Numbered from the stretch's first letter, positions 10,498 to 20,585 are shown. The stretch: 64,000 bases of DNA from an uncultured Chloroflexia bacterium (GCA_963765765.1 CAVXYC010000029.1:120761-184760); one strand, 5' to 3'. Notes: a model not told the origin generated them from the sequence alone. Numbers and translations are program-made.

Positions 10498-11676
10498 ATG
10501 AACGTCCCCTTCCCATCCTGGTTGGAAATCGATCTGGACGCAATCGAGGCAAACGTGCGCTTCCTTCGTCACCTGGTTGGGCCGAGATGCCGTGTGGCGG
10601 CGGTGGTGAAGGCGCAGGCCTACGGACTTGGCGCGGAGGAGGTCAGTCGAGCCGCGCAGCGTGGCGGAGCAAGCCAGCTTGCCGTTGCACGGGTCCATGA
10701 AGGCGTGGCGCTACGGCGCGCGAGATTGGATCTACCCATACTTGTGCTCTCGGCGATCACTCCTGGCGAAGTCGCTCTGTGCTGTCAACACCGTCTGACG
10801 CCCACTATCGCTGATCTGACCACGGCCGCATTGCTGGACCGCGTCGCTGAAGGTCTTGGCCGTCGGCTACCCGTGCATCTGAAGGTGGACACGGGACTGA
10901 CCCGCTTCGGTGCTCAGGCCGAATCGGTGCTCCAACTGGGTCGGTATCTACTGTGCTCAGGGTGGCTCGAGGCCGAGGGGCTGTATACGCACTTCGCATC
11001 ATCGGATGAAGCTGATTTGACATTTACGTACGACCAGGTCAGGCGCTTTACCGACGTACGCTCCCAACTTGCCGGGCTGGGATTGGGGTTCTCCGTCATC
11101 CATGCGTCCAATAGCGCTGGAGCCATCCGTGTACCGGAGGCGCGGTTTGACATGGTGCGCACGGGAATAACCATGAGCGGATATTCGCCGTCGCCCGACG
11201 TCCCCTCCGATGGGCTTCGCCCGGCCGCTGCGCTCAAGGCGGTGCTCGCTCGCACATACGACCTGAAACCGGGTACTACCATTGGCTACGGTCGCACATT
11301 TACCGTGCAGACTCCAAAGCGCGGAGGACTTGTTCCACTTGGCTACGCCGACGGAGTGCCACGGGCGCTCTCGAATCGAGGTACGATGCTGGTTCAAGGG
11401 CAGCGCGTTTCCATCATCGGACGCGTCTCCATGGACCAATGTGTCGTTGATGTCTCCGACGTTCCGAATGCAGGCGAAGGTGACGAGGTCACGGCGCTGG
11501 GTTCACAGGGTGATGAAGAAATCACGCTGAATGAATTCGCGGCATGCGCAGACACAATCCCGCACGAGGCGCTCTGCCGTCTGGGACCGCGACTTCCACG
11601 CGTCTATCGTCGCGGCGGCCAGATCACCCGTGTGATGACGTTTGAAGGCTCCGATCCTCCGGATTCATGGAGTTAG
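10498..11676 (+). CDS. alr: Alanine racemase
   Basis: WLEIDLDAI, AVVKAQAYGLG (PLP Lys), HLKVDTGLTRFG, IGYG, GRVSMDQ. Confidence 0.95.
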   Translation: MNVPFPSWLEIDLDAIEANVRFLRHLVGPRCRVAAVVKAQAYGLGAEEVSRAAQRGGASQLAVARVHEGVALRRARLDLPILVLSAITPGEVALCCQHRLTPTIADLTTAALLDRVAEGLGRRLPVHLKVDTGLTRFGAQAESVLQLGRYLLCSGWLEAEGLYTHFASSDEADLTFTYDQVRRFTDVRSQLAGLGLGFSVIHASNSAGAIRVPEARFDMVRTGITMSGYSPSPDVPSDGLRPAAALKAVLARTYDLKPGTTIGYGRTFTVQTPKRGGLVPLGYADGVPRALSNRGTMLVQGQRVSIIGRVSMDQCVVDVSDVPNAGEGDEVTALGSQGDEEITLNEFAACADTIPHEALCRLGPRLPRVYRRGGQITRVMTFEGSDPPDSWS

Positions 11677-11748
11677 CTACAAACCACGAGAAACTCAGCG
11701 CGGGCGGTCCAGTGTGATGAGCCGTATGACGGCGGTTAACTTTTAGAC

Positions 11749-14481
11749 CTACGAGCCGGTAGCCACCGCCGCACCCGCCAGCCACTGCTCGATGGTCTCC
11801 GCAACGCGACGACCGGATCCTGTGTCGAGCTTGGCCTCGGGCAGTGACCGCAAGAATGTGCTGCCGTAGAACTTCGATAGCACACGGCGGTCGAGGATCA
11901 GCAATGCGCCGCGGTCGCGCTGCGATCTGATCAGCCGCCCAAACCCCTGGCGAAAGCGCAGAATCGCCTGCGGGACGGCATATTCACGAAACGGGTTCTC
12001 AAACAGCTCACTCCTCGCCTGGAACACCGGGTCGGTCGGCACGGAGAACGGTAAACGCGGAATGATGACGCAGCTCAGCGTCTCTCCAACCACATCCACG
12101 CCCTCCCAGAAGCTGCTGGTGCCCAGCAACACGGCAGGCTGACGACTGCGAAATGTTTCCAATAAGGCGTCTCGCGAGGCTGCGTCGACACCCTGGCCAA
12201 GCACCAGGATTCCTTGCTCGTTGAGTGGCTCTCTGATGGCCTCATACGTCGAACGCAGCTGCGAATGAGATGTGAAGAGCACAAGCGTCCGTCCGCGAAT
12301 CCTGGACACGACGCGCTCAGTGACCCACTCAACCGATCGCTGATAGTTCGGCTGATTCGGCTCAGGAAGGTCCGACGGCGCACACACGAGGGTCGTGCGG
12401 GCATAGTCGAATGGTGACGCAACCCGCAGCTCGGTGCATTCCCCAACACCCATGCGTCCGCGAACGTACTCAAATTTCCCGGCGGTCGTTAGCGTGGCTG
12501 ATGTGACGACGACCGTGGCCTTCGTTCCGAAAATACAGCGAGCCAGCGTCTCACCGACTTCCAGCGGAGCTAGCGATAGTGATAGCTCGTCACCTCGCCC
12601 CCGCGTCAGCCATGTGATTGGGTCACTTCCGCTTTCTCCCAGCGCCCGATGAAGCTGGGTACGCGCCAGGTCCCAGAAACCCGCCTCCGCGGAGAGCAGG
12701 CCAGCAATCTCATCCGCATCCTCGCGTTCCGTCGTGTGCTGTTCCAGTGCCGAGATTACCTTAGAGATAATCAGCGCTAGGCCGCTGAGTGACCGAGCCA
12801 GTCCGTCCCAGCCGATCTCGACATGCGACCAATCGGGCTGCGCTCGGGTGGCCTCAGTGAGTCGCAATGTCACCTGACCGCCATCGCCCACTTGCCCATG
12901 GTTCTGAAGAAACTCATTCAGAAGGACAATCAGCTCGTCGACGGCACTACGGCAGCGCTGCACACTTCGATCACCATCCGTGTAGCTGACGGTGAGGGCA
13001 CTGCCGGACTGCCGCGCGACTGCGAGTGCGGCGCGGAGCACGCCCGGCCCGGAAGGGGAGTCGAGAAGCGTGTCCAAATGGCGCGTGAGCTCTCGCCCGG
13101 TCACGGTCCAACCGAGCTGTGACGTCGCTTCATCCTCGAGATGGTGTCCCTCATCGATGATGAGATGGTCGAAATCGGGCAGAACGTGAGCCTGATTCAG
13201 CGTATCGGTGAGCAACAATGCGTGATTGATGATGACTAGGTGACTCGCTTCTGCTGTCCGACGTGCACGGGCGATGAAGCAGACTCCCGCTCGGTGGTAC
13301 TGGCAGCGCATTGGCGTACAGGCTTCCGCGAGAGCACTCAATCGGCTCCAGGCTTGCTCTTCCGCCGAGCTAAGACGCAGCTCAGCTTTATCTCCAGTCT
13401 GCGTGTGAGGCAGCCACAGCACGGTCTTGATTAGAAGTGTGCGCTCGGCCTCCGTGTGGTTGTCGCTGGTGAGAAGCTGCCACCAACGTCTCAGACAGAG
13501 ATAGTTGGATCGCCCCTTGATGACCGCGGCGCGAATATCTAATCCCAGCGATTCCAGGACTCGAGGCACATCCTTCAGGAAGAGCTGATCCTGGAGATTG
13601 ATCGTATTGGTGGATACCACCACTCGACGGTTGTTCTGGTCCGCGTAAAGCGCCGCTGGCACGAGGTACGCAAATGACTTCCCCGTGCCTGTTCCGGCTT
13701 CAACCAGCGCATGTCCGCCCTCGTTCATTACGCTCGTCACGGTTTCGAGCATCTGAACTTGCGATGGTCGCGACTCGAAATGCTCCAGGGACCCGGCCAG
13801 CGCTCCCCCGCCGCTCAGGGCTGCACGGGCGACGGCCAGCTCAATCGGGTTCTGCCGTGACGTTGTGGGGAGAGGGTCAGGCAGTGGCAGAGTAACGGTG
13901 GGTAATTGGGCGACATTGATGCCGCCCGTACCATCGATACCGCCGGTTGCGCTTCGGCGCGATTCACGCTCCACTTCCACGAAGAATGGATGCAACGGCC
14001 AGTCGGTCGGGCTGCCGAGTCGTACGATCAGCTGCAACGTTGCTGCATCGAGCTCCAGTGCGTGGCGATAGAGCCGTTGAAAGGCGGCAAGGAGACTCGT
14101 GGCTCCAACAGACAGCGCGTCATCGATGGAAGACCGATCGTCGATCGGGATATCCTCACCAAGGACCTCAAATGAAGCGCCCGGCAACAGGACCGCCGCA
14201 AGCTCAGTCATGTCAATGAGCGACGCGCCCCAGAATAGTCCGGAGCGCGAGACGAGCTCCACTAAGTCTCCGTTCTCGGCGATAAGGAGACGGCCCGCGT
14301 GCTCACCCACACGTTGTCTCGAACGAGTAGTGGCCTCCGCACCAACCAGCACTTCGGCTCGATCGAATGGCTGACCATCGCGAATGTGATCCACGATGAT
14401 CGTGCGCTCGTGGAGCCAATTGGTGGATTCGGTCACGACCAGTAGATCGTCCGTCCACGTTGCCTCAGGCGCGGCGGTCAT
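11749..14481 (-). CDS. dinG: DinG-family ATP-dependent helicase with degenerate N-terminal exonuclease-like domain
   Basis: EAGTGTGKS, KGRSNYLC, four Fe-S cysteines, IIDEGH, SATL, SPFDY, LFTS, SFWEGVD, QGFGRLIRS. Start probably ATG 14481 rather than 14958. Confidence 0.93.
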   Translation of the reverse strand: MTAAPEATWTDDLLVVTESTNWLHERTIIVDHIRDGQPFDRAEVLVGAEATTRSRQRVGEHAGRLLIAENGDLVELVSRSGLFWGASLIDMTELAAVLLPGASFEVLGEDIPIDDRSSIDDALSVGATSLLAAFQRLYRHALELDAATLQLIVRLGSPTDWPLHPFFVEVERESRRSATGGIDGTGGINVAQLPTVTLPLPDPLPTTSRQNPIELAVARAALSGGGALAGSLEHFESRPSQVQMLETVTSVMNEGGHALVEAGTGTGKSFAYLVPAALYADQNNRRVVVSTNTINLQDQLFLKDVPRVLESLGLDIRAAVIKGRSNYLCLRRWWQLLTSDNHTEAERTLLIKTVLWLPHTQTGDKAELRLSSAEEQAWSRLSALAEACTPMRCQYHRAGVCFIARARRTAEASHLVIINHALLLTDTLNQAHVLPDFDHLIIDEGHHLEDEATSQLGWTVTGRELTRHLDTLLDSPSGPGVLRAALAVARQSGSALTVSYTDGDRSVQRCRSAVDELIVLLNEFLQNHGQVGDGGQVTLRLTEATRAQPDWSHVEIGWDGLARSLSGLALIISKVISALEQHTTEREDADEIAGLLSAEAGFWDLARTQLHRALGESGSDPITWLTRGRGDELSLSLAPLEVGETLARCIFGTKATVVVTSATLTTAGKFEYVRGRMGVGECTELRVASPFDYARTTLVCAPSDLPEPNQPNYQRSVEWVTERVVSRIRGRTLVLFTSHSQLRSTYEAIREPLNEQGILVLGQGVDAASRDALLETFRSRQPAVLLGTSSFWEGVDVVGETLSCVIIPRLPFSVPTDPVFQARSELFENPFREYAVPQAILRFRQGFGRLIRSQRDRGALLILDRRVLSKFYGSTFLRSLPEAKLDTGSGRRVAETIEQWLAGAAVATGS

Positions 14482-14483
14482 AC

Positions 14484-14903
14484 TCAGCGACTCGGTCTGG
14501 ATCGAGGTCCGAATACAATTCGCACGAGCATCGCCCCGGCCGAACGAGCACGCTTGTCTTGTGAGACTCTCCAGACAACCGGAGCGGCTCGAACCGTACT
14601 GCCCATGATGGTCCTCAAGAAGGCTGAGGAAGCTGGTACGCTGGCCGAGAGCATGAATCGAAGTAGAGCTAGCATAGCCGGACTTGTGGTATCGGCAGGC
14701 GGTGACGTGCGCGGAAACAGGCGGTTGACCGTCGAGCGGGTTCCATGGCCAATCGCATTGACCGCGACTCGACGGGCTGAGAAGGTACGCCGGCACCTCG
14801 AGACCTCTTGCAGTCCGTTGACCGTCGCGGCAGTGAAATCCGCGCTGGATTCCGCCAGGCGCTCGATCGGAGATGTGTCTGGGCGTGCTGAATGGCGTCG
14901 CAT
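14484..14903 (-). CDS. Hypothetical protein upstream of dinG
   Basis: ORF stops 2 bp before the dinG ATG on the same strand; no recognisable motif. Confidence 0.4.
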   Translation of the reverse strand: MRRHSARPDTSPIERLAESSADFTAATVNGLQEVSRCRRTFSARRVAVNAIGHGTRSTVNRLFPRTSPPADTTSPAMLALLRFMLSASVPASSAFLRTIMGSTVRAAPVVWRVSQDKRARSAGAMLVRIVFGPRSRPSR

Positions 14904-14962
14904 GTGACCGAATGAATGGTACTGGATCACGCCCATCGATGATGGCGAGAACGTCCACGTCG

Positions 14963-15089
14963 CTGGGACCGCCGACATCCTGACGGCCCGGGCCTCACGG
15001 GGCCGACTGAAGACGACTCGGATTCCGGTGCTCTGGTTTCCGCAAGGCGACCTCTGAGGGCCGGGCCGTCAGGATGTCGGCGGTTCCAG
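14963..15089. repeat. REP-like doublet, 35-bp inverted arms
   Basis: CTGGGACCGCCGACATCCTGACGGCCCGGGCCTCA (14963-14997) versus the reverse complement of 15055-15089, two mismatches. Confidence 0.85.
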
Positions 15090-15129
15090 AGAGTCTGCAC
15101 CGAGAGGAATTGTGAGTCTCCGGACGCGG

Positions 15130-16629
15130 CTATTTCCCCAGCGCGGCGGCCATAACTCTGCGTGCCGCCGGGGTGGCGAAGTCGGATCCGCTGCCAGCAT
15201 GCTCCACAATGACTGCTACGGCGATTTGCGGGTCTTCAACCGGAGCGAAGCCTATGAACCACGAATGCGGCGTCTCTCCCGGGCCGGATTCGGCCGTGCC
15301 AGTCTTTCCGCCGACGATTACTCCCGGAATCTTCGCTTGAGTGGCGTAGGCGTATTCCACGCTGTCCACCATGAATCGCTTCAGGTCAGACGCTGTGGAT
15401 GACTTGATTGCGCGCTGTTGAAGCGGAGCCAACGCGTTGGCCAAGGTTGGCTTGAGCGGCCGCTCGCTCTTATCTGCCGATACGGCTCTTTCCGCCAGAT
15501 AGGGCGTCGGAACAACACCATCGTTGGCAATCGCCGCCGAGACAAGCGCCATCTCCAGTGGAGTAGCCGAGACCTCGCCCTGTCCGAAGCCAGACTGAGC
15601 CAGGAGAGACGCGTACCACTCGCCGTCACCTTTCATCCGACTCGTCATAACAGGAAGGTCGAATACCTGGGGTCGCTCGAAGCCGAATGCCCGCGCATAG
15701 CCGGTGAGTGCATCCGCCGAGGCGCGCACGTCCAGGTTGGCCCACGGACGGGTAGCGACGGAACGATCGTCCAATCGCGGCGCGAGAGGAGCGCCCAACG
15801 GTAGGAACATACCGGTGAGAGCAAACGTACGGTTACACGACCAGGCGAATGCTTCGCGAAAATTCACTGTGGCCAGGTGCGAATGATTGCGGCAGTCAAC
15901 GCTCAGTGCGTCAATCTGGGCGGCAGTCGTGCATCTGAATTCCGTCTCTGAATCCACGATGCCACGGTCAAGAGCAGCGGCGGCAGTGATGACTTTAAAC
16001 GTGGAGCCCGGTGGATAGACCGCCTGGATCGCACGATTCAATAATGGGGCCGCGCGGTCCTGGCGCAATGTATCCCAGACCCGCTCGATGCTATTGGGGT
16101 CGAAGCCCGGTTGGCTGACCATTGCCAGGATCTCACCACTGTGCGGATTCAGAGCAACGATCGCACCGGGCCTATTGCCAAGCGCTTCGGCCGCCGCTCG
16201 CTGCACAGGAACATCGATCGTCGTCACCAGATCCGCGCCTTGAACGGGCGCGCCCAAAAACCGATGACGAATCTGTTGAATGACGCCGCCTCGGCTACCT
16301 CGCAGTACGTCGTCATACCGATCTTCCAACCCGGTGTTGCCGAGGCGCAGACTATGAATGCCCGTAACGTGCGCAGCTGACCCGAGCGAATATTCTCGAA
16401 CGGGCTCGTCGTTGCGAATGCTGGTTCGTGCGATTGGTTCGCCGCCACGCGCGAGAATCGCTCCGCGGGCGCGCTCTGCCTCATCGAGGTTGCGAACGTT
16501 ATCTGGGCGGCCCAGCAGGCTGGCACCCTGCAAAAGAACCCAGTAACCGAGTGTTAATCCGCATATCGCAAGACCGACCAGAAGCGCCCCGCCAACGTGT
16601 CGAATGCTTTTATCCATGGATACGCTCAC
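15130..16629 (-). CDS. pbpA: Class B penicillin-binding protein (PbpA-like transpeptidase)
   Basis: N-terminal TM; catalytic PPGSTFK, SCN and KTGT motifs; HSWFIGFAP. Confidence 0.9.
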   Translation of the reverse strand: MSVSMDKSIRHVGGALLVGLAICGLTLGYWVLLQGASLLGRPDNVRNLDEAERARGAILARGGEPIARTSIRNDEPVREYSLGSAAHVTGIHSLRLGNTGLEDRYDDVLRGSRGGVIQQIRHRFLGAPVQGADLVTTIDVPVQRAAAEALGNRPGAIVALNPHSGEILAMVSQPGFDPNSIERVWDTLRQDRAAPLLNRAIQAVYPPGSTFKVITAAAALDRGIVDSETEFRCTTAAQIDALSVDCRNHSHLATVNFREAFAWSCNRTFALTGMFLPLGAPLAPRLDDRSVATRPWANLDVRASADALTGYARAFGFERPQVFDLPVMTSRMKGDGEWYASLLAQSGFGQGEVSATPLEMALVSAAIANDGVVPTPYLAERAVSADKSERPLKPTLANALAPLQQRAIKSSTASDLKRFMVDSVEYAYATQAKIPGVIVGGKTGTAESGPGETPHSWFIGFAPVEDPQIAVAVIVEHAGSGSDFATPAARRVMAAALGK

Positions 16630-17887
16630 CTGAATGCCCCAGGCCCAGCAACATGCCGACGATCAACGCATTGGCCAGAATTGAGCTACCGCCGTAGCTA
16701 ATCCAGGGCAGTGTTATCCCTGTAAGCGGCATGAGCTTGAGCACACCACCCAAAATCAAAAGCGTCTGCACCCCCAGGGCTGTGGTCAGGCCCGCGGCCA
16801 GAAGCTGGCTGTAGTTGTCCCGCAAATCGAGCGTGATCCGAAAACCGCGGTGGAGAAGCAACGCATAGAGCGCCAGGACAGCGAGGCCCCCAGCCAACCC
16901 CATCTCCTCGACGATTGCGACGATACTGAAATCGGTGTGCACGGCCGGAACGAGGGTGGGTGATCCCAAACCGAGTCCCGTGCCCAGTAAGCCTCCATTT
17001 GCCAGCGCGATAAGTCCCTGCACGATCTGGTACGCAGCCGTGTCCGCCTGGCTCCACGGATCCAACCATATTGAGACCCGCGAAGCCACGTGGCTGATGG
17101 ACGATGCGGTCAGCCAGCCTGCACCGACGAGTGCTGTCGTTCCGAGAACGAGAAGGCTCAAACGTCCCGATGCCATGTAAATCATCAGAATGAACACAAT
17201 GGAGATAAGGAGTCCGGCACCCAGATCCCGCTGAACGACCAGCAATAGCTCGGTGAGCGCGAAGACGATACCCAGGGGAATGAGATATGGCAGCGGTGGA
17301 AGCCGCAAGGTCCCAAGTCGGCTGTTGGCGAATCGAATGACGTCACCGTGCTCGTGCAGGTAGCCAGCAAGCCAGACCACCAGGAGCACCTTCAAGAGCT
17401 CAACGGGCTGAAGGGAAACGCCGCCAACGCTAAACCACAGCCGTGCGCCACTTCCGTTTGGATCGACGCCGAACAGGAGCGTCGCGGCCGTGAGCGCAAG
17501 CCCGAGCGCGCCAATGGTGTAACGATACCGCAACAACCAGGAGCGCTGATTCGCCAGCCACCCGCCCAGGACGACGCCCGCTACCCCGAGCCCCAACCAG
17601 ATTGCCTGGCGACTGGCAAGCTCAGGCTGAAGCCGAGCCACCATGACCAGGCCTATGGCGGCCAGTGAGAGTGCAATGGGCAGTAGAACTCGATCGGCCC
17701 GTGGCTGCCGGATTGAAAGCCAGACATGCGAGACAAGTGCCACGAGTGGCACGGTGGACGCGGTGATCGTCTCAGTTTCGGTCCAGGGTCCTCCACGAAT
17801 CACGTGGAGCTGTATGAACCCGAGCGCCGCAATGAGACATGGCCAGAGTAAAAGTCCAAGCTCCGAAGCCCGAGAGTACATTCTCAT
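16610..17887 (-). CDS. rodA: FtsW/RodA/SpoVE (SEDS) family protein
   Basis: GARLW, QPVELLK, QRDLG, HTDF, PLTGITLPWISYGGSS. Confidence 0.93.
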   Translation of the reverse strand: MRMYSRASELGLLLWPCLIAALGFIQLHVIRGGPWTETETITASTVPLVALVSHVWLSIRQPRADRVLLPIALSLAAIGLVMVARLQPELASRQAIWLGLGVAGVVLGGWLANQRSWLLRYRYTIGALGLALTAATLLFGVDPNGSGARLWFSVGGVSLQPVELLKVLLVVWLAGYLHEHGDVIRFANSRLGTLRLPPLPYLIPLGIVFALTELLLVVQRDLGAGLLISIVFILMIYMASGRLSLLVLGTTALVGAGWLTASSISHVASRVSIWLDPWSQADTAAYQIVQGLIALANGGLLGTGLGLGSPTLVPAVHTDFSIVAIVEEMGLAGGLAVLALYALLLHRGFRITLDLRDNYSQLLAAGLTTALGVQTLLILGGVLKLMPLTGITLPWISYGGSSILANALIVGMLLGLGHSGERIHG

Positions 17888-18336
17888 CGACCGATATGCT
17901 CAAATCGGAACGTCACAGTGCCGAGATCGATAAGATCGCCGGACTTGATGTGCACTTGTCCGCTGACCGGTTCTCCGTTGAGACGAGTGCCGTTGGTGCT
18001 TCCGGCATCGCGCAGTAGCCAGGTGCCGTTCGCACCCACGAACACTTCGGCATGCCGCGCGGAGATGTGCTCATCGTCGAGTCGAATGGCGGAACTCTGG
18101 AGGCGACCGATCGAATTTCGGTCGTCAAGCTCAAAGACCCGGCCGACTTCAACCTTGTCTGATTGGCTGCTCGATACCACCAATCCAAACGAGCTGGAGC
18201 GCGTCACGGTGGTGCGTTTCCAATCTTTGCGAATCTCACGAATCACGATGAAAAGGAACCCGTAGAGCGCGGTGATGATGGCAATCCGCAGACCCAGCAC
18301 AATGAACTCAGCGGGAATCTCGAAGACCGACGGCAA
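17884..18336 (-). CDS. Membrane-anchored FHA domain protein (FhaB/FipA-like)
   Basis: N-terminal TM helix, then IGR, ISARHA, DAGSTNGT. Confidence 0.88.
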   Translation of the reverse strand: MPSVFEIPAEFIVLGLRIAIITALYGFLFIVIREIRKDWKRTTVTRSSSFGLVVSSSQSDKVEVGRVFELDDRNSIGRLQSSAIRLDDEHISARHAEVFVGANGTWLLRDAGSTNGTRLNGEPVSGQVHIKSGDLIDLGTVTFRFEHIGR

Positions 18337-18337
18337 T

Positions 18338-19066
18338 CTACGCTCGCGGCGTGTCAATCTGGATCTCGGCTCCACCAATCCGTACGCGGGCCGGACACGT
18401 GAGCGGGATGGATTGAATCCTCGCCCCCTGAACCCATGTACCGTTGGTGCTCTCGAGATCACGCAACTCGAGATTCACGGCATTCACGCGAAGCTCCGCA
18501 TGATGTCGACTCACCTGCGAGTCTGGGATCACGACATCGTTTTCTGCGCTCCGTCCGATGGAGACGACCTCTTTTGCAAACGAGACGACCTCTCCGTCTG
18601 GCATCGTTATGCGAACACCTGGAGCCACACGGGCCACAATCGGAATTCGTGAAGTGGCGGGGAGTGGTACATCCGCGTCAATTTCGAGAGGATCTGAGCG
18701 GACCACCTCAGCCCGTATCTGGCCGACATGAACGGAAGAGTCGGCCTCAATGTGGATGGAGACCGGTCCAAGCACTCGTCGTCCGTGGGTCCTGTTTGAT
18801 CGCTGAAGCCGAGCAGCGATATCCGCCTGAACATTGTTCCCAGCAGACATAAGGCGACTTTCATCAGCAGAGTTGAGGCGCACAACCATCTCGTGAGGAA
18901 CGATGACGCCATCGTCGGTTACCAGGGAATGTCGATCGAGAAGTTGCTCCAGGTGTCGCACGACGTGGACTGGTTCTAGGCGAGCCTGGAAGATACGAAG
19001 CGGGCCGCGCTCCAGCGTTGAGCTGAGAGTACGCTCGATGGCGTCAAGGAGCGTTGACAAGCCCAT
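18338..19066 (-). CDS. FhaA-like protein (DUF3662 plus FHA)
   Basis: N-terminal LERG..RIFQARLEPV typical of DUF3662; C-terminal IGRSAENDVVI, VSRHHA, DLESTNGT. Confidence 0.88.
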   Translation of the reverse strand: MGLSTLLDAIERTLSSTLERGPLRIFQARLEPVHVVRHLEQLLDRHSLVTDDGVIVPHEMVVRLNSADESRLMSAGNNVQADIAARLQRSNRTHGRRVLGPVSIHIEADSSVHVGQIRAEVVRSDPLEIDADVPLPATSRIPIVARVAPGVRITMPDGEVVSFAKEVVSIGRSAENDVVIPDSQVSRHHAELRVNAVNLELRDLESTNGTWVQGARIQSIPLTCPARVRIGGAEIQIDTPRA

Positions 19067-19169
19067 ATCACCAGATTATAGACACGTGTCGTCAGAGTCA
19101 GATCATTTTGATCGGACGCTGGGGCGTTGCTGTCCAACCGAGGCGGGTGGCGCTACTACGGCCGGAACG

Positions 19170-19553
19170 TCACGCTCGCACGGGCTTAGTAGAGCTTGTC
19201 CATCTGGACGCCACAACTCGAATGATTTGGCGGAACTCTTCGCGGTCCTCGTCACTCAACGACTTGTCAGCAAGCACGTTGGCCACGATGCCAAGGGTCT
19301 CATCCCAGGTACCGAGGCGGCTAACTACGTCGGGACAGTAGCCCGCGGCTACGAGAAGGCGCTCGCTATCTAATTCCCCAAGCTCCAGAGCGGAAATCAG
19401 CGAATTGAGGAGATCGCGTCGCGGTATTTGACCACCGGGCCGCTCCATTCGATAGATGTACGCGGAATTGACATTGCCGAGACGGGCGAGACGATATGCG
19501 GAGATCCCCGCATGCTCCCGGAAGGCCCGCAAAACCTGGTGGAACGGTGACAT
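19170..19553 (-). CDS. XRE-family helix-turn-helix protein
   Basis: LRAFREHAGISAYRLARLGNVNSAYIYRMER...LLVAAGY. Confidence 0.8.
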   Translation of the reverse strand: MSPFHQVLRAFREHAGISAYRLARLGNVNSAYIYRMERPGGQIPRRDLLNSLISALELGELDSERLLVAAGYCPDVVSRLGTWDETLGIVANVLADKSLSDEDREEFRQIIRVVASRWTSSTKPVRA

Positions 19554-19559
19554 CTGCGC

Positions 19560-19620
19560 ATACTAGCCTGACTGTGACAAAAAGTCAACGTCCGATCCAG
19601 AGTCCGCTTATTTGTCACAG
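19560..19620 (-). promoter_or_regulatory. Leaderless promoter of the XRE gene with inverted-repeat operator
   Basis: Minus strand TTGACT-17 bp-TAGTAT, 6 nt before ATG. Perfect 10-bp IR CTGTGACAAA (19572-19581) / TTTGTCACAG (19611-19620). Confidence 0.6.
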
Positions 19621-19706
19621 CCTCGGCGCCAAGTATGACGCGAAAGCGCTAAGGAAGTTGTGGAATAGAACACACATGGTCCGCGGAGGACACCTATAAT
19701 CCGAAC

Positions 19707-20102
19707 GTGTTCACGCGAATCGAAACGGGTCTCGACTTAGTCGAGATCGATAGGATCAAGCGCATCCTCGAGCGCCACGGGGACCGCTTCCTCGCTCGCG
19801 TGTACACCGCCCGCGAGATCGAGGATAGCGAGGGGCGGACGGAGTCACTCGCAGCCCGTTTTGCGGCCAAAGAGGCCGTAATGAAAGCGTTAGGAACCGG
19901 GTCCGTGGACTTTCGGGACATTGAGGTGGTTCGCGATCCTGGCGATCGTCCCAGGATCAAGCTTCACGGCAGAGCGCGAGCGCGTGCGGAAACGATCGGC
20001 GCCCTTGGACTCGCTTTGAGCCTCACACATTCGCGGACGACCGCGGCGGCGGCTGTTACGCTCTGGAGTGATGGCCGCGATGGTGAGGCAGGCAGCTACT
20101 AG
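19707..20102 (+). CDS. acpS: Holo-ACP synthase
   Basis: GLDLVEIDRI, LAARFAAKEAVMKALGTG, SLTHS; TATAAT 6 nt upstream. Confidence 0.93.
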   Translation: MFTRIETGLDLVEIDRIKRILERHGDRFLARVYTAREIEDSEGRTESLAARFAAKEAVMKALGTGSVDFRDIEVVRDPGDRPRIKLHGRARARAETIGALGLALSLTHSRTTAAAAVTLWSDGRDGEAGSY

Positions 20103-20198
20103 CCTGATGCGGCCTGGGAGCGGCGTTCCTACCCATCCAGCGGCTCCGTATTCGAGACCTTCACCTGGACGGGTACCGACGACTGTCCCATCGGAGCC

Positions 20199-20585
20199 CT
20201 AGTGCGCGTGAGTCCCGGGCGAAAGGACTCCTCTTCTCAGGCGGGTCAGTGCGAATGCCAGCCAGCAGGCGAATGCGATGACAATGACGCTGCAGTCGCC
20301 CACATCCAATGGTGTGGTAAACCTGAATGTCGAGGCGAGAGATTGCCCTATGACGCCGCTTACTGTGGTCACTGCCAGGTAAAAGACCAATTGTCGGCCG
20401 CGAGCCCCACCTACTAGAAAGAACAGTGAGCCGTGAAACCAGGAGATGATAAGCGTCAATACCAGCGACGGAGGGACCGCGAAGAAGTCGGTGAGAATGG
20501 AACCAGCCCTTAGATCCAATGTAAGCGCGGCGATCCAAATGCAGTCAGACTCAAATGACTGATCCAGTCGCCAGAGAGCTGCCAC
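20199..20585 (-). CDS. Small integral membrane protein
   Basis: Three hydrophobic segments (PPSLVLTLIISWFHGSLFFLVGG...). True start is probably downstream of 20585. Confidence 0.55.
   Translation of the reverse strand: MAALWRLDQSFESDCIWIAALTLDLRAGSILTDFFAVPPSLVLTLIISWFHGSLFFLVGGARGRQLVFYLAVTTVSGVIGQSLASTFRFTTPLDVGDCSVIVIAFACWLAFALTRLRRGVLSPGTHAH

Noticed and set aside
14482-14958. N-terminal 159-aa extension of DinG in the ORF track
   Set aside because: Not protein-like, starts beside a REP element and overlaps a separate upstream ORF; ATG 14481 fits better.
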